A DNA stretch of 48,639 nucleotides, taken from the NCBI GenBank assembly GCA_009602735.1, contig WELA01000646.1:1-48639 (forward strand), read 5' to 3'. The translations under genes were made by a program, and so were the position numbers. The stretch is from Mesotaenium endlicherianum. Its lineage: Eukaryota. The notes below the pieces were generated by a model that made no database searches, was not told the DNA's origin, and worked only from the letters and a program-made list of their open reading frames with translations. Shown here piece after piece: positions 22,377 through 34,350 of this stretch (positions are counted from its first letter, which is position 1; the number at the start of each line of letters is the position of its first letter).

Positions 22377-23663
22377 ATGGCTCCCACCACACAAAAGGAA
22401 GACAAAAAGCGCAAGGTAGAAGAAGCCAGGAGGACAATGGAGCAATACCAGAAAGAGCTGGCGGCGACGTCCCTCACCAAAAGAGAACAAGAAAGGGTCC
22501 GCAAACAACAAGAGGCGGCAGAGGAAGCACAAAGGAAGAAGGAGCAAGAGGCCAAAAATCTTAGGAAAGCTGAGGAGGAGAGACAGAAGAAACAACAAGA
22601 AGAAGCGGTGGCAGCAGAGGAGGAGAGAAGGAAGAAGGCTGAAGCTGACAAGCAGAAGAGCCTGGCCACTTACAGGATATACGATGGTGGGTGGCCAAAC
22701 CTTTGATAACCTGAAGGAAGCATTGCTGGCAGCCCAGGATATCAACAAGCTGGAACAGGAAACAATGTTACAGAGAGAAGGAGCTGAGATCCTAGACAGG
22801 TACATTGAGACACACATGGGTGTGGTCCTCTACAAAGATTATGCCAAAATGGTGGGGTATACAGCAGAGCAGGCACGATTTCTGGCAGATGACTCGGAAG
22901 ATAAGCCGGTACCAGTGCCTGGCATAGTGGGGAATCAGAGACTCATCAGGATGGTCAGCATGCAGCCCAATAGCTTTAAGGATGCGATATTCTACCTCTC
23001 ACTACTTCCAGCTTACAATGAAGTTGAGAGGAGGAGCTGGGAGTACTTGGCCAGGGAAGCAGGGCAGCAGATGTTCTTCCCCCACAGATTCTCTTGTAAG
23101 CTGAAAAAGGCCGAGCATGGACCACAGTACTACCAGCAGCCCACAAATTGGAGGTGGATGACCGTCACTAACAGGAAGCAGGAGCGTGACCAAGCCCATC
23201 CAGATGACTTCCATAATAGGCTGGACGGCTACCTCATCCTACCACCTCACATTGCCCCTTGGGACCCCAAGCTAAATGGATGCCTGAGTAATATGAATGC
23301 TGAGACCAAGGAGCACAGGAGGAGGGGGAGAAATTACTTCTTGAAGAAGAAGCATGCCTTTGACAAATGGACGAAGAATGCAGGCCGGATAGATATCAGC
23401 AGGCTGAGGCGTGGCAACCTCCAGCTCGTCCTAAGAAAGAGCGGTTAGTGGATTTTTCTATGCCTACCCGGGAGCAGGATGACTTAGTGGACGAGACCCC
23501 TACCCTTTCAGAGGAGGAAGATGAGGAGGATGAAGAAGAAGAACAAGGCAGAGGAGAAGCATCAGGAGCTGGTACTCAGGAGATCCAAGGGCAGGCAGAA
23601 GCAGGGGCTCTTAGGGCGCGAAGATCAGGTGTATTCACTGTCACTAATGATCCCCACAGCTAG
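22377..23663 (+). pseudogene. Family B extra ORF, copy 2 (shorter, different C-terminus)
   Basis: MAPTTQKEDKKRK... coiled coil, conserved core and acidic EEEDEEDEEEE tract. Two frameshifts. Confidence 0.8.
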
Positions 23664-23766
23664 GCAACAGTGCTGAAACACGGGGGGGTTAGTTCTGTTA
23701 GTTTCCTTACCAGCTAATTTTGCAATTCAATGTTGTCGAGGCGACAACAATTTAAGTTCGAGGGAT

Positions 23767-24532
23767 TGTAATGTATCAGTATATTGGTAGATATAATATT
23801 CATTTGAATATAATAGTAAGTTCAATATATTGGTAGATATAACATTCTTATAACTATAATAGTTAATTACGTTCAACCTGCTAAACTTTACTTAATATTT
23901 AGTCTGTTGGACTTCATAAAATTATGAGTTTAATGACTCAGCCGAGAGCAGCAGGCTGAAGTCAAATTAGGTCAGCTTGCTGACACATTCTTTGACAACC
24001 AGCTGACTTCCGTACTCAGTAGCAGCAAACTGCCTAAACATGCATCTAAGTGTGGTATGCTAGATGAATGGCCAGATGACATCCTTAGGATGGATGGCAA
24101 TTCGGGATGATGGGAGATGGCGGTGGATTTGGTTAACCGAGGTCCTACCAACGTGGTTAACTCCCAGGTAGGCGGTGCCATCGCACTTGCCGTTGAACAG
24201 TAAACTCATTCCATGTACACATGCTAGGTATTGCTCTCCAGTTCGGCATTCGGAAACGAGGCCAATCCTCTTGTACAAGCTTACTGAGAGATATCGGAAT
24301 CCAAGGCGAGAAGCCATTGATATGCACTGTCTTCTAGCCTTGCTTATGTATGAGTTCACTGATTTGTATTATTGATGCTAATTTACTTATTTGACTCGCG
24401 AGTATTGTCCATTGCTAGTGTGTTGTCTTATGCTGTTTAATCAATTAACAAAAAAATACCATAAAGAGAACTTGCTGATATAAAGATCTTCATTAATTGT
24501 TAATCACCTATTTGGTAAATCGATTCATTTCA
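23767..24532 (+). repeat. Family B 3' LTR (copy 2)
   Basis: GAGGGAT PPT, then TGTAATG...CATTTCA. Reverse-complement homologue of 8923-9636. Confidence 0.95.
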
Positions 24533-26309
24533 GGATCCCTCTAGCACAAGTGTCTACACGAAGTAGCGGGGCACTTCCGTTCAGTTCAGACAGGTGAGAG
24601 TGGCCTGGCATCAGAGTGGCTACCTCAAGGCAATGCCTAATTTGTGTCGCTGTCTGAGGACCAACCGCTGCTCCTTGTGCCACGCTCGTCTGCCTAAGAC
24701 AGCATCATCCAGAAAGACAGACATGCAGGGAGGCAGGCCTGACGGCGGGAAGGCAGATGGACAGCCAAGCGGGTCTGGCAGGCAGAGAGGCAGGCAGACA
24801 GACAGGCAGACAGGCAAACGGGGAAAAAGGCAGGCAAGCAGACAGACGTGAAAGAAGGCAGTCAGGCAGGCAGACAAGCGGGTAGTTAGGCAGGTCGAAA
24901 GAAATGCAGGGAGGCAGGCAGGAACACAACAGAGCGCAGCAACATTGATGCTGTTGGAAAAAAAAAAGTAGAAGGGCGCTCCCGAATGGCAGCAGTTGTT
25001 GGCCCTGTGCGGAGATGAGACTCGCCCGCCGGCGTGAAGCCGACAGACAAAGTCCCTCTTGAACAAGGGCCGGGGTTGGGTGCCACCTGTTCGCGAGCAC
25101 GTGCACCCTGTCGCTCGGCTGGCGGGCAGCAGAGGGCACGCACGCACGGACAAGTGGCGCGGCGTGATGAGCTTTGGCAAAAATGCACGGGTCCGGTATC
25201 TGCGGGAAGAGGCATAACAGCACCACCAGAAACAATTCCAGAAGACCCCTCTAGTCGAACCTGCCCTCAGACTAGCCTCCTCCCCGGTCGCACATGACTA
25301 GCTCACCCGTCCCCAGGTTAGTGGGTTCATTTATGACGTTAAAAACTTACGCTCCCCCCCTCCGCGGCATGCTGCACCCACATCAGCACTCATCGCAATA
25401 ACCAGCACCACCACCACAAGAGCGAACCAATGACGGAGAGTTAGTGTATGAGTCACCAACTGCAATGCAATACACGTGCTATGCTTAACGGCGCAGGTCC
25501 AATCCAGATCAACACCTCAGCTTCGCCCTAGCCCTAGCTCAAGCGTAATTTCAGACGTAAGCAAAAGCATCTGCACCGGCAGCAGCAGCAGCAGCGATAC
25601 AGAGATGCCAAGCTGCAAGAAAGTCTTCCCCACCCTGTTGACTGACCCGGCGCCAGGATAATCAGCAACCAGCCCCCCCCTCTTCCCCCCCTCCCCCCCA
25701 CTTTGAACAGGTGCACACGCAGATGAGTAGATTGAGGAGGAGAAGGTAGGCACTTATCTTTTGGAACAAGGGGAGTGCGAGCGCACGGGCGACGGCCGTG
25801 CGTGCTCGCCTCACGCGCAGGGCACGCCCTCGACGCACGCACTCCAAGCAGCCACCAGGACCCACCACCTTCCGCCCTCGCGCCCCCGTGGCCCCGGCGC
25901 CCCCTGCCCCCCCTCCCCTAAGCCCCATTCCCACGAGTTGGTTAGCGCCTTGCTGCCTCTAGCGTGACATCATTCTCCTCTCCTCTCCTCTTAAGTGCCG
26001 CCGCGACGAGCACGTGCTTGCTCTTGAATTTGCAAGTGTGCATAAGACACAAGTAGGTCATTGCAAAAGTGCCTCGCAAGGCACTTTCGCTTTGCTGGGA
26101 ATGGCGATGTAGTAGACCTATGTTTGGTACAGAAGGGCGCTTAAGGCGCTCCCAGATTCTAATCCAAAAGAAGCCCGCAGGCTCTGACTCTCCCATCACA
26201 AGCTGACCTCAGGCCCCAGCACCCTCGCGAGTGTGCCGCCATTGCTAATGTCAACAATGTAGCCCGGCCATCGACAGACGCATCCCCCAATCCCAACACC
26301 GCTTGTTGT

Positions 26310-26930
26310 CCCCCCTCGATTCCTCCCCTTCCTCTTGCTTCAAGCCCGCCCCATCCACCTCCCCACCTCTCCTCCTTCAGGTTTCTCCACCTCCTCCTCT
26401 CCTTCACCGCTTGAGGCCTCCTCCTTCCTCCTCCCTTTCCTCATCTCCTTCCCCTTCCTCTTTCCTCTCTCGACTACACCTCCTCTTCCACCTTCTCAAT
26501 TCTCACCTTCTTTCTCCCCTGCCTTCTCCTCTTCCTCTCCTCCTCCCTCACCTCTCCCACTCACTCAACTCCAACTTCTTCTCCTCCTCCTTCCCCCTCG
26601 CCTCCTCCATTGCCTCCTCCGCCCCTCCTCTCCTCCCTTCCTCCCCCCCTCCTCTCTCATTTTGTCCCCCCTCTTTCCGCCTTCATCAAGCCCATCTTCT
26701 CCTCCTCCTCCTTCTGCACCTCCTCCCTCCTCCTCCTCCCCCCTCCTGTCCACCCCTCTCCCCTTCATCACCTTCCTTCCTCCTCCCTCTTCACCTTCCC
26801 TCTCCCCCCTCCTCCCTCCTTTAGTTCCACCTCCTCTTCCTCCTTCTCCCTTCCTCCTCCCCTGCCTCAACCCCCTCCCTTCTCCCTCAACGCCTTCCCT
26901 CTACCCCTCCTTCCTCCTCCTCCTCCTCCT
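26310..26930 (+). repeat. CT-rich low-complexity tract
   Basis: About 620 nt of almost pure C/T (CCT, CTT units). Confidence 0.9.
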
Positions 26931-27468
26931 CAACGACTGCCTCTTGCGCCTCCGCTCCACCTTCTCGTCCCACTTCTCGTCGCGCTCGCGCTCGCGCTCC
27001 CCCCTCACCACCTCCCTGCGCTGCCGCTTCTCCACCCGGCGCTCCTCTCGCTCCTCCCGCCGCCCCATCTGCTCGCGAAACTCCTCCTCCCGCCCCCTCT
27101 CCACGGCCCGCTCTAGCTTCTCCTCCTCGCGCCGCCGCCGCTTGCCCTCCCGCTCGCGCCGCCGCTCCTGCACGCGCTGCGACTTGCCCAGCCTGCCGGG
27201 GGGGTCCTTGTTGCCCACCAGGAACTTGACCACGGAGAACATGCGCTCCAGCGGCGAGAGGAAGAGGCTCTGCGCGTCGGCGGCCACGACGGCGGCGCCC
27301 ACGCCCAGGATGGCCACGAGCGCGCATGTGAGCCACAGGTTGTTGAGCAGAGCCTCCCGCTCCGCGTGCGAGTTGTCCAGGATGGCCAGCGTGCCGCACT
27401 CGCCCGCCGCCGACCGGAATGCGGCCTGCGGGCGGCTGGGGCACCGGAAGGCGCTCGCGTCCACCCGC
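26901..27468 (-). CDS. Host exon: transmembrane helix plus juxtamembrane helix resembling membrane-bound class III adenylyl cyclases (CAPE / alveolate AC-alpha type), followed by a Glu/Arg-rich stretch; 3' boundary uncertain
   Basis: GC3-rich frame after a gtgcag acceptor: ILDNSHAEREALLNNLWLTCALVAILGVGAAVVAADAQSLFLSPLERMFSVVKFLVGNKDP. It recalls the DAxxLxxxPxERM segment that precedes such cyclase domains. No catalytic domain is seen in the window. Confidence 0.5.
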
Positions 27469-28161
27469 CTGCACGCGCGCACGCACGCACGCACGTTGCC
27501 ATTGCTGTCATTGTTACGAAACGGCTTGGAGGTACAAGCATTGCACATAGACGTGTATGTGTCTATGCATACATGCACGCACATATCCACCCCTCTGCGC
27601 CTGCGCAGGTGTGAACCTCCGAGGTCCAACCCGGGAGGCGTTGGCCGGCTGACACGGAATCACGCTCGCTCAAAAGGCGTTCCTGAAAAGACGGAGTGTG
27701 GCATAGGATGAGAGCCCAGCGGCAGTCAGCCGGTAGAGCAGCAGTAGCGGCAGCAGCAGCTGTGCCTCTGCAGCCCCACACAGGGTTTACTTGTTCAGGT
27801 AGGGGGAAGTGGCACACCCTTCCTGAGCTGGCCTCAGTGGGATGGGATGGGATGGCAACCTCAGATGCAACAGCAGTGCTTATGCTAAATAAAGCGCACG
27901 CACGTGGATGAGTGTATGTATATCTGTGTGTGTGTATGTATGTGTATGTGTATGTGTGTGTGCGTGCGCGTATTGGTCAGTCGAGGATAAAGAAGGCCAG
28001 CGCTAGACATGATGCGGGTGCACTGGCCTGAGATGTAGCAACAGCAAATATCATGAAATAATAAGGTTGAGTGGGAGGGGAGGAGGGGGGAAGGGGGGGC
28101 GTTAGCGGGAGGGCAGCATGCAGGACACAGCTGACAGGCGAGGGGGGGCGTTGCCGCTTAC

Positions 28162-28295
28162 TCTTTATCATAGCACTCAAAGACAGCAGCCATGGACGTA
28201 AGCTCCGTGAAATTGGCCCCGCCATTATGGTCTCCGAGCAACGACACGCCGTTGACCCCCGGGACAGCTGGTGCTGCCACGAGCATCCACCAGTC
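28162..28295 (-). CDS. Possible upstream exon of the same host gene
   Basis: Open frame AAPAVPGVNGVSLLGDHNGGANFTELTSMAAVFECYDK ends GA|gtaagc, in phase with the acceptor at 27468. The 5' end is lost at an N. Confidence 0.3.
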
Positions 28296-28296
28296 N

Positions 28297-28620
28297 ATCC
28301 ACATCTATATCCAAGAATGTCCATATCCAGGGCCAGATTTTCGATTCCGAATCTGAGTCCAAATCCAGGTCCATATTGATAGTCATATTCATATATCCAT
28401 ATCCATATATCCAAATCTATATCTCACCATATCCAAGTCCAATTCCAAATCCATGTCCATATCCATGACCATATCAAAATCCAAATCCAAATCCAAATCC
28501 AAAAAGTCGGATCCGGGTCCACATCGAGGTCCATGCCCATAGGCTCATGCTATGTTGTATCCATATCCAAATTCAATATCAATGCTTCCGCACCCACACC
28601 CAAAAATAATATTGAAGTCT
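28297..28620. repeat. Degenerate ATCCAT/ATCCAA hexamer array, possibly a MITE remnant
   Basis: Many atccat and atccaa units. Begins at an assembly N. No TIR pair found. Confidence 0.5.
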
Positions 28621-30029
28621 TCAAAACCACATAAGATACACCACCTGCACGTATCACACCACCCACGAAGACCCTCCATCAGTGCACGCAAAAGCAGGAA
28701 GGGGCGCTCACAAAGACTCGAACTGTGCCCCATCCAATGAGAACATAATGGTGCGCAAGGTATACATGCACAAAGTTCCAGGAGCCCTACCTGCGGCCCG
28801 CAGGTGAGGTGGGCCCACTAGCTTGTACTTACACACGGGTGTGCACACGTGCGTGCGCACACGCACGGGAGTCGCTGCCGCGCCCGCTCCCTTTGAGCAC
28901 CTGAACAAGTCAGCATTGAGGGCGCACTGAGTGCGTGCAAACAACGTTAGTAACATACCTTCAGTCCTGCCAAGGGAGGAGGGCTTACCAGGGGAGAGGA
29001 ACAAGGGAGGGACGATGCGCCTGCTAGAGCATGCGTTGACTGGCTACCAAGCTTACCATCTAACACACGTGTGTGCTCTCGACACCTGGCTGCATGTACG
29101 ATGTCCACCGCATATACTTGCCCCGACACACCACAGCCCTGGCATGTCTCGACTCAGGAGTGCAGTGACACGCACACACACATCTGGGCACGACAAAAAG
29201 AGGTGCAAGGAAGGTGACAGCAGGGGAGGGTAGAGAGGCTCCGGTGACCGTGCACGGCACAGTAGCAGCAGCTGCAGCGCTGCACACGCGCACATGCATG
29301 CACGCGCGTGTGCTTGCGCGCCCTTCCTTGCTCTCCATGTGCAAGCGTCCCCCGCGCAGCAACTGGTCGGCCCTGCTCCCCCGCCACCACGTTCAGCCCC
29401 AACCACAGCAGCAAGTCAGGGAGGAGGGATGCTCGGCTTGCCGTACAAGATGCCCTAAGACACTGGGTAAAGTGGGGCAGAGAGGGAAGGTGGAAGGACT
29501 CGGATGACAGCCTGCGTCCCACAGGCACTCCTTGTAGTGGCTCTCGCTCCCCACTCCTCGCCTTGTCTCTTGGGCGGCGTCCCCAATCTTGAACGTTGCT
29601 GGCATCCCCCACCCACACACACCACCACCACAAAGACAAACACACAGCCCATGCATGCCCACGCCAAAAAATGCGTGACAAGATGAGTCAACCGTCGGCG
29701 AGGCTGGCATCATTAACCGTCCCATTCCTCATTCGAGAGTGCATGGGAGGGATGTGTGATGCACTCGCGCAAGCGCACGCACAAACACACACACAAACAC
29801 ACACACACAGAGAACGGGATGCGGAGAGCGCCCATGCCGGCGAGTGCCTGGCCAGCACGCGCCCGCACGGACGCTCGCAACAGAGCGATACATGATCAAG
29901 CAATACCTGTTTAATGAATGAACGCATGCATGAAGTGAGGAAGAGAGACAAAAGTTCATGAGGTGCGTTTGAGGAGGAGGCAGAGCACTGATGGGTGCAG
30001 CGGCCGCAGAGGTCTTAAGGGGGAGCGGG

Positions 30030-30830
30030 CAAGCAGGTGCATGCGTCAGAGGCAACTTGACTCAGCTTTCAGGTTGCGAGAGCAGGTTGCTGCAACTACC
30101 ACCGCCGTCGCTGCTGCTGCTGCTGCTGCTGGTCCTGCGCTCCCTCTTTCTTGAAGAGGCGCACAAAACACTCAACACCCCATTGGCCCGCAAAGGAAGA
30201 CCATCGTCAGCCCCCTTCTGCTGGAAAGCAAGCAACAGCGAGCATGTAAGGCCAGAATAATCTCCACACACATTGGACGCAAGACAAACTCCCTCCGACT
30301 GACTGGTCGTCTGCTCACATGGGGTTCTCAAGAGGGTGACTGACTTACGACGGCAAGGCGGCGCTGTTGTTGCTGCTTCTGCTTCTGCTCCTCCTCCTCT
30401 TCCTACTCCTTCTCCTCCTCCTCCTTGTCAAACGGACACACACACGTGAGCACTCCTCCCTCCCTCCCGTCCCTGCCCACCAACTTCCCTCCCCCAAATT
30501 CGACCCAGTAGAGCAGCACACGGGCTATGCTCAGCCGTCGGCAAAACAAGCATGAATGGTGCATCCGACTTACTCGCCCTCCACAAAAGGACCAGACCCA
30601 CACACGGCCAGACGGTCAGGAGGGCACGCGGGCGGGCGGGCAGAGCCACAGGCAACCACACTGGCGGAGCAACGGTCGACAAACAAACAGACAGGGCAGA
30701 CAGACAGACCTACAGACCGGCCGACCAGCAAACGGACCAACGGCCAGAGACAGGGACTAGCAGCAGACACAGGTAGATGGATGCGCAGACTCCCTAGAGC
30801 AGGGGTGGTCCAGGTGCGGGTGGGTGCTGG
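30030..30830 (+). repeat. Unclassified dispersed repeat, copy 1
   Basis: Colinear blocks shared with about 32945-33545: gcatgc.tcagaggcaa.ttgactca, ggcccgcaaag, tctcaag, ccttgtcaa, tggtccaggtgc.ggtggg. Confidence 0.65.
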
Positions 30831-31314
30831 CCAGGCACACCCGCACTTGGTGGCACTCTTGCAATTGGAGACTCACCCGCAACGAGGAAACAAGCGTCGG
30901 CCTCTCGCACTCTGTCTGGTCTGGCACCTCTCGCCGTCTCTGCAACAGAAGAGCAAGCGGGGAGGGAGTCAGGCTCCAGCGAAGAGTGAGTGTGGGAGGG
31001 AGGCAGGCAGGCAAACATCAGCGAGCAAGGGGAACGCCAGGAAGGAAGGAAGGACGAACGCACGCCACTTCTTTTTGCTCCACAGGACGAAGTGCAGTTG
31101 GTCCACCTACCTATCGTCAGCTGCTGCTGCAGGCCCTTCGCAGCCTGCTAGCCCGCCCCTCCGTACGCGCGCCAGCAAACTACTTGGATGGCCGAATCAT
31201 CTTGCACCGCCCCTAGCTTCCTCGTGCATGTTGCGCTGACTAAGTGCCCCCGCAAACACATGCACACCCACGCACAACAGCCAAGTTCTCGTGAACTTGT
31301 GTACGCAAGTGCTT

Positions 31315-31565
31315 GCGTGTGTGTTTGCGCGTGTGTGTATGTGGGTGGTGTGTGTGTGCGTGTGCGTGTGTGCAAGTGTGCGTGTGTGTTTGCGCGTGTG
31401 TGTGTGTGGGTGTGTGTGTGCGTGTGCGTGTGTGCGAGTGTGCGTGTGTGTGTGCATGCACGTGTGTGTGCGCGTGCGTGTGTGCGCGTGTGTGCCTGTG
31501 TGTGCATGTGTGCGTGCGCATGTGTGCGTGCGTCTGTGTGTGTGCGTGTGTGTGCGTGTGTGTAT
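31315..31565 (+). repeat. (GT/GC)n alternating purine-pyrimidine microsatellite
   Basis: Directly visible. Confidence 0.95.
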
Positions 31566-32944
31566 GCGCACCTGCGCAAGAGACACGCCCAGTAAAGGAA
31601 AGGAGTTGCAACTGTACGAGCCCTGAAGGAGGGGCGTACAAACACATGTGGAGAGTGCGTGCCGACATGTGCTGGCCAGGCAGAGGCCCGCACGCACGTC
31701 CACTTTATGTGTAGTACGCAACGTAGTGACATGTGTATTGCATGCACATGAATGTCTTTAACTACTTCTTCGATCCTTGGGTCTGAAGAGCTGACGCAGA
31801 GGAGCATGCAGATGAGCAACATTAGCAGCGCTGGTAGAGGAGTGGCACGCGCATCATATCTTTTTTGAGATGCCAAGGCTAATCCACGAGCTGCTGCTTC
31901 TGCTGCGTCTGCTGCCGCTGCTCCTCCCCCTTCTCCTACCCCACGAGACACGAGACACACGTCGTCATTTCTCCCATCACAAGAGGATGAGGCAGAGAGA
32001 GAGCCACAACACAAAGCGTGTCCAAGCTGATTCGAAACGTTGATTTGCCACCACCAATAGCCAGCTCTGTCAACGACACGCCGTGCGGCATTAGGCATTC
32101 CCGCCGTGCGCTTCACTGGGAGGAGGAGGACCCCGCGCTGACTGCCTGACGCAGATTGGAGCACGGAGGGCGCACACGACGTCGACACGATCAAATTTGA
32201 CGCGGCAGCCTTCCGGGGCAGAGACACGCTCCTTGACTCGCTTTCGCGTGACGGGGGCTGGACTCACTCATTGCGGGACTGCATGGGTGCCAGAGAGCCT
32301 CCAAAGTAGCACCAACTTGTCAGAGAGGGAACTCACATTGGGGCCGGGGTCGGGGGCTCCTCCTGGCGCCAGCTGGCATGTCCTGGCCACGGGGGGCAAG
32401 TGGGCGTGAGCAGAGGCGAGCTCGCACATGCGGGGCAGGAGGAGCGATTTTGGGGCCCTCCCTCCTCGCCTTCCTCTCCCTCAGGCTACAGCACCAGCCC
32501 CAAGCGTCGCCCTTGTCGTGCCACCCCGCACCCCAATACACATCACGACCACCCATGCGTGCAGTGGTTAGTGGGTACGTGAGAGACGAGTCTTCCGCCG
32601 ACGGCGCTGACATCAGCGACCCATCCACTCGTCGAGAGTGACTGATTGGAAGGTACGCTCACCGCTCCCATACATACACACGCGAAAACGTGCGGAGCGT
32701 CCAAGCGGGCGCGTAGTGGTCAGGCACACGCCCGCACAGGCGGCCGCATTGGTGCCATACGACAGAAGAGAACGAGCTAGCATTTGATTTTGGGTTCATA
32801 TTGCCTTGAAATTTCTAGAGAATGATCGCATGCACAAGGCGAGGCAGAGGGGCGGTGTGGCATGAGGGGCACAAGAGAGAGGACCAACCTGTGCAGAAAG
32901 TGCAGAGATTGAGGGAAGAACCGGCTGGACGGGAGGAGGCGGAG

Positions 32945-33545
32945 GAGGCGCATGCCTCAGAGGCAAGTTGACTCATCTTTTCGGTTTGTGGCAGAATATC
33001 AACGCAACGACTGCTGTTGTTGCCGCTGCTGCTGCCGGCAGTCTTGCTGCTGGTGCTGCTCGTAAATGCCTGCAGACATACAAGCAAAACACACACCCCA
33101 CCGGCCCGCAAAGAAACTTGATGGTCAGCCGCCTTTTGCGGGAAGGCAAGCAACGACGGACATGTGTCAACAGACTGCAGACGCAGGTCAGACTGTCTAC
33201 AACTCACTGCTCATGTGTTCACCGGGGGAATCTCAAGGGGGTACCGAACTTGAGATATCAATGGTGGCTGTGCCACTGCTGCTGCTGTTTCGCCTCCTCC
33301 TCCTTCCTTGTCAAGCAAACAAAGGCAAGAGTGCTTTTTCCTATTCCCCTCCCTCGTTCCCCGCCCACTAACTCCCCTTGTACTCCACTTAGCAGAGCAA
33401 CACAAAGAGTGGAGACTCACAGACTGGCAGACAAAAAGAAAAAATAACCGAAAGACAAACGAAAGAAACACCAGCAGATCGGACGAATGGACGGATGGAC
33501 ACTCGGACTTCTAGGGCAGAGCTGGTCCAGGTGCAGGTGGGAGGT
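32945..33545 (+). repeat. Unclassified dispersed repeat, copy 2
   Basis: Shares the blocks listed for 30030-30830. Confidence 0.65.
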
Positions 33546-33605
33546 AGAAAGAGGGAAAGCGACTTCCCGACACAAGAGGCAAGCAAAAGTGAGCCCCACG
33601 AGGTG

Positions 33606-34350
33606 TGAAAGGGGCAAAGTGCCCTAGTGGAAGCATAGTGACTCACGAGGAAAGGAACTAGTTGCCATCATACTAAAGAGTGCAGCGGCATATCATTAAC
33701 GAAGCTTAGGAAAAATACTCAACATTTAGAGTAGCAAAAAACTGCTCACAATTTGGTGTAGGATGAAAGGCCTTGTCATTACAAACCCGTAGAAACTTAC
33801 AGAAGTGAAAACTGATAAGAAACATAGAAGTTATGCCTATTTATAATTTTTTGCCTAAGTGCTCCTCCCTACGAGGAAGCTACGGATTTTCCTAAGTGTT
33901 CGTCAAATCGTCCCTTCCAGAATATTTGTGAGTAAGCCAGATCAGTCTAATCTGACGTGTCGGGCTGAATTGACGTCCACATACATGCATCGACATTACT
34001 AGAATATTCTATCTCAGACGCGCTAGGCTAAACCGAAACTTCTAGGTAAATCGACCTAGTCGGCACTCCGCGTCAGCCGAACTTACGTGAAGGTTCGAGT
34101 TCATTCTAACGGGCCAGATCGCTCGACGCTGTCGGTCAATCCGACGGTCGCGCTCACCGCGAATTAAGGACAGTCGTCAACCGACCTCAAAACTAATTAA
34201 ACTTCGGAAATCCATAACTCTCTCAATACTTGACCAAATTCGATGAACTTTATATCAAAATGACCACAAAAATGCACTGCACACTACTATACAATCAAAA
34301 CATACTTTCATGAAACTCAAAAATGCACTTTATAAACCGATGACCTTACA
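33606..34350 (-). repeat. Family D 3' LTR
   Basis: TGAAAGG...CCTTACA on the plus strand, PPT adjacent. Confidence 0.95.

Larger units (their letters stand above)
16747..24532 (+). mobile_element. Family B copy 2 (more degraded, opposite orientation)
   Basis: 5' LTR remnant at 16747-17009 fused to gag (PBS deleted), then gag-pol fragments, extra ORF, PPT and 3' LTR at 23767-24532. Confidence 0.95.

Noticed and set aside
26335..27711. 458-aa Pro/Ser-rich plus-strand ORF (extensin-like)
   Set aside because: It arises from the CT-rich tract plus the antisense of the GC-rich minus-strand exon.
31148..32227. Several long His/Thr or Cys/Val ORFs
   Set aside because: They are translations of the (GT/GC)n microsatellite.
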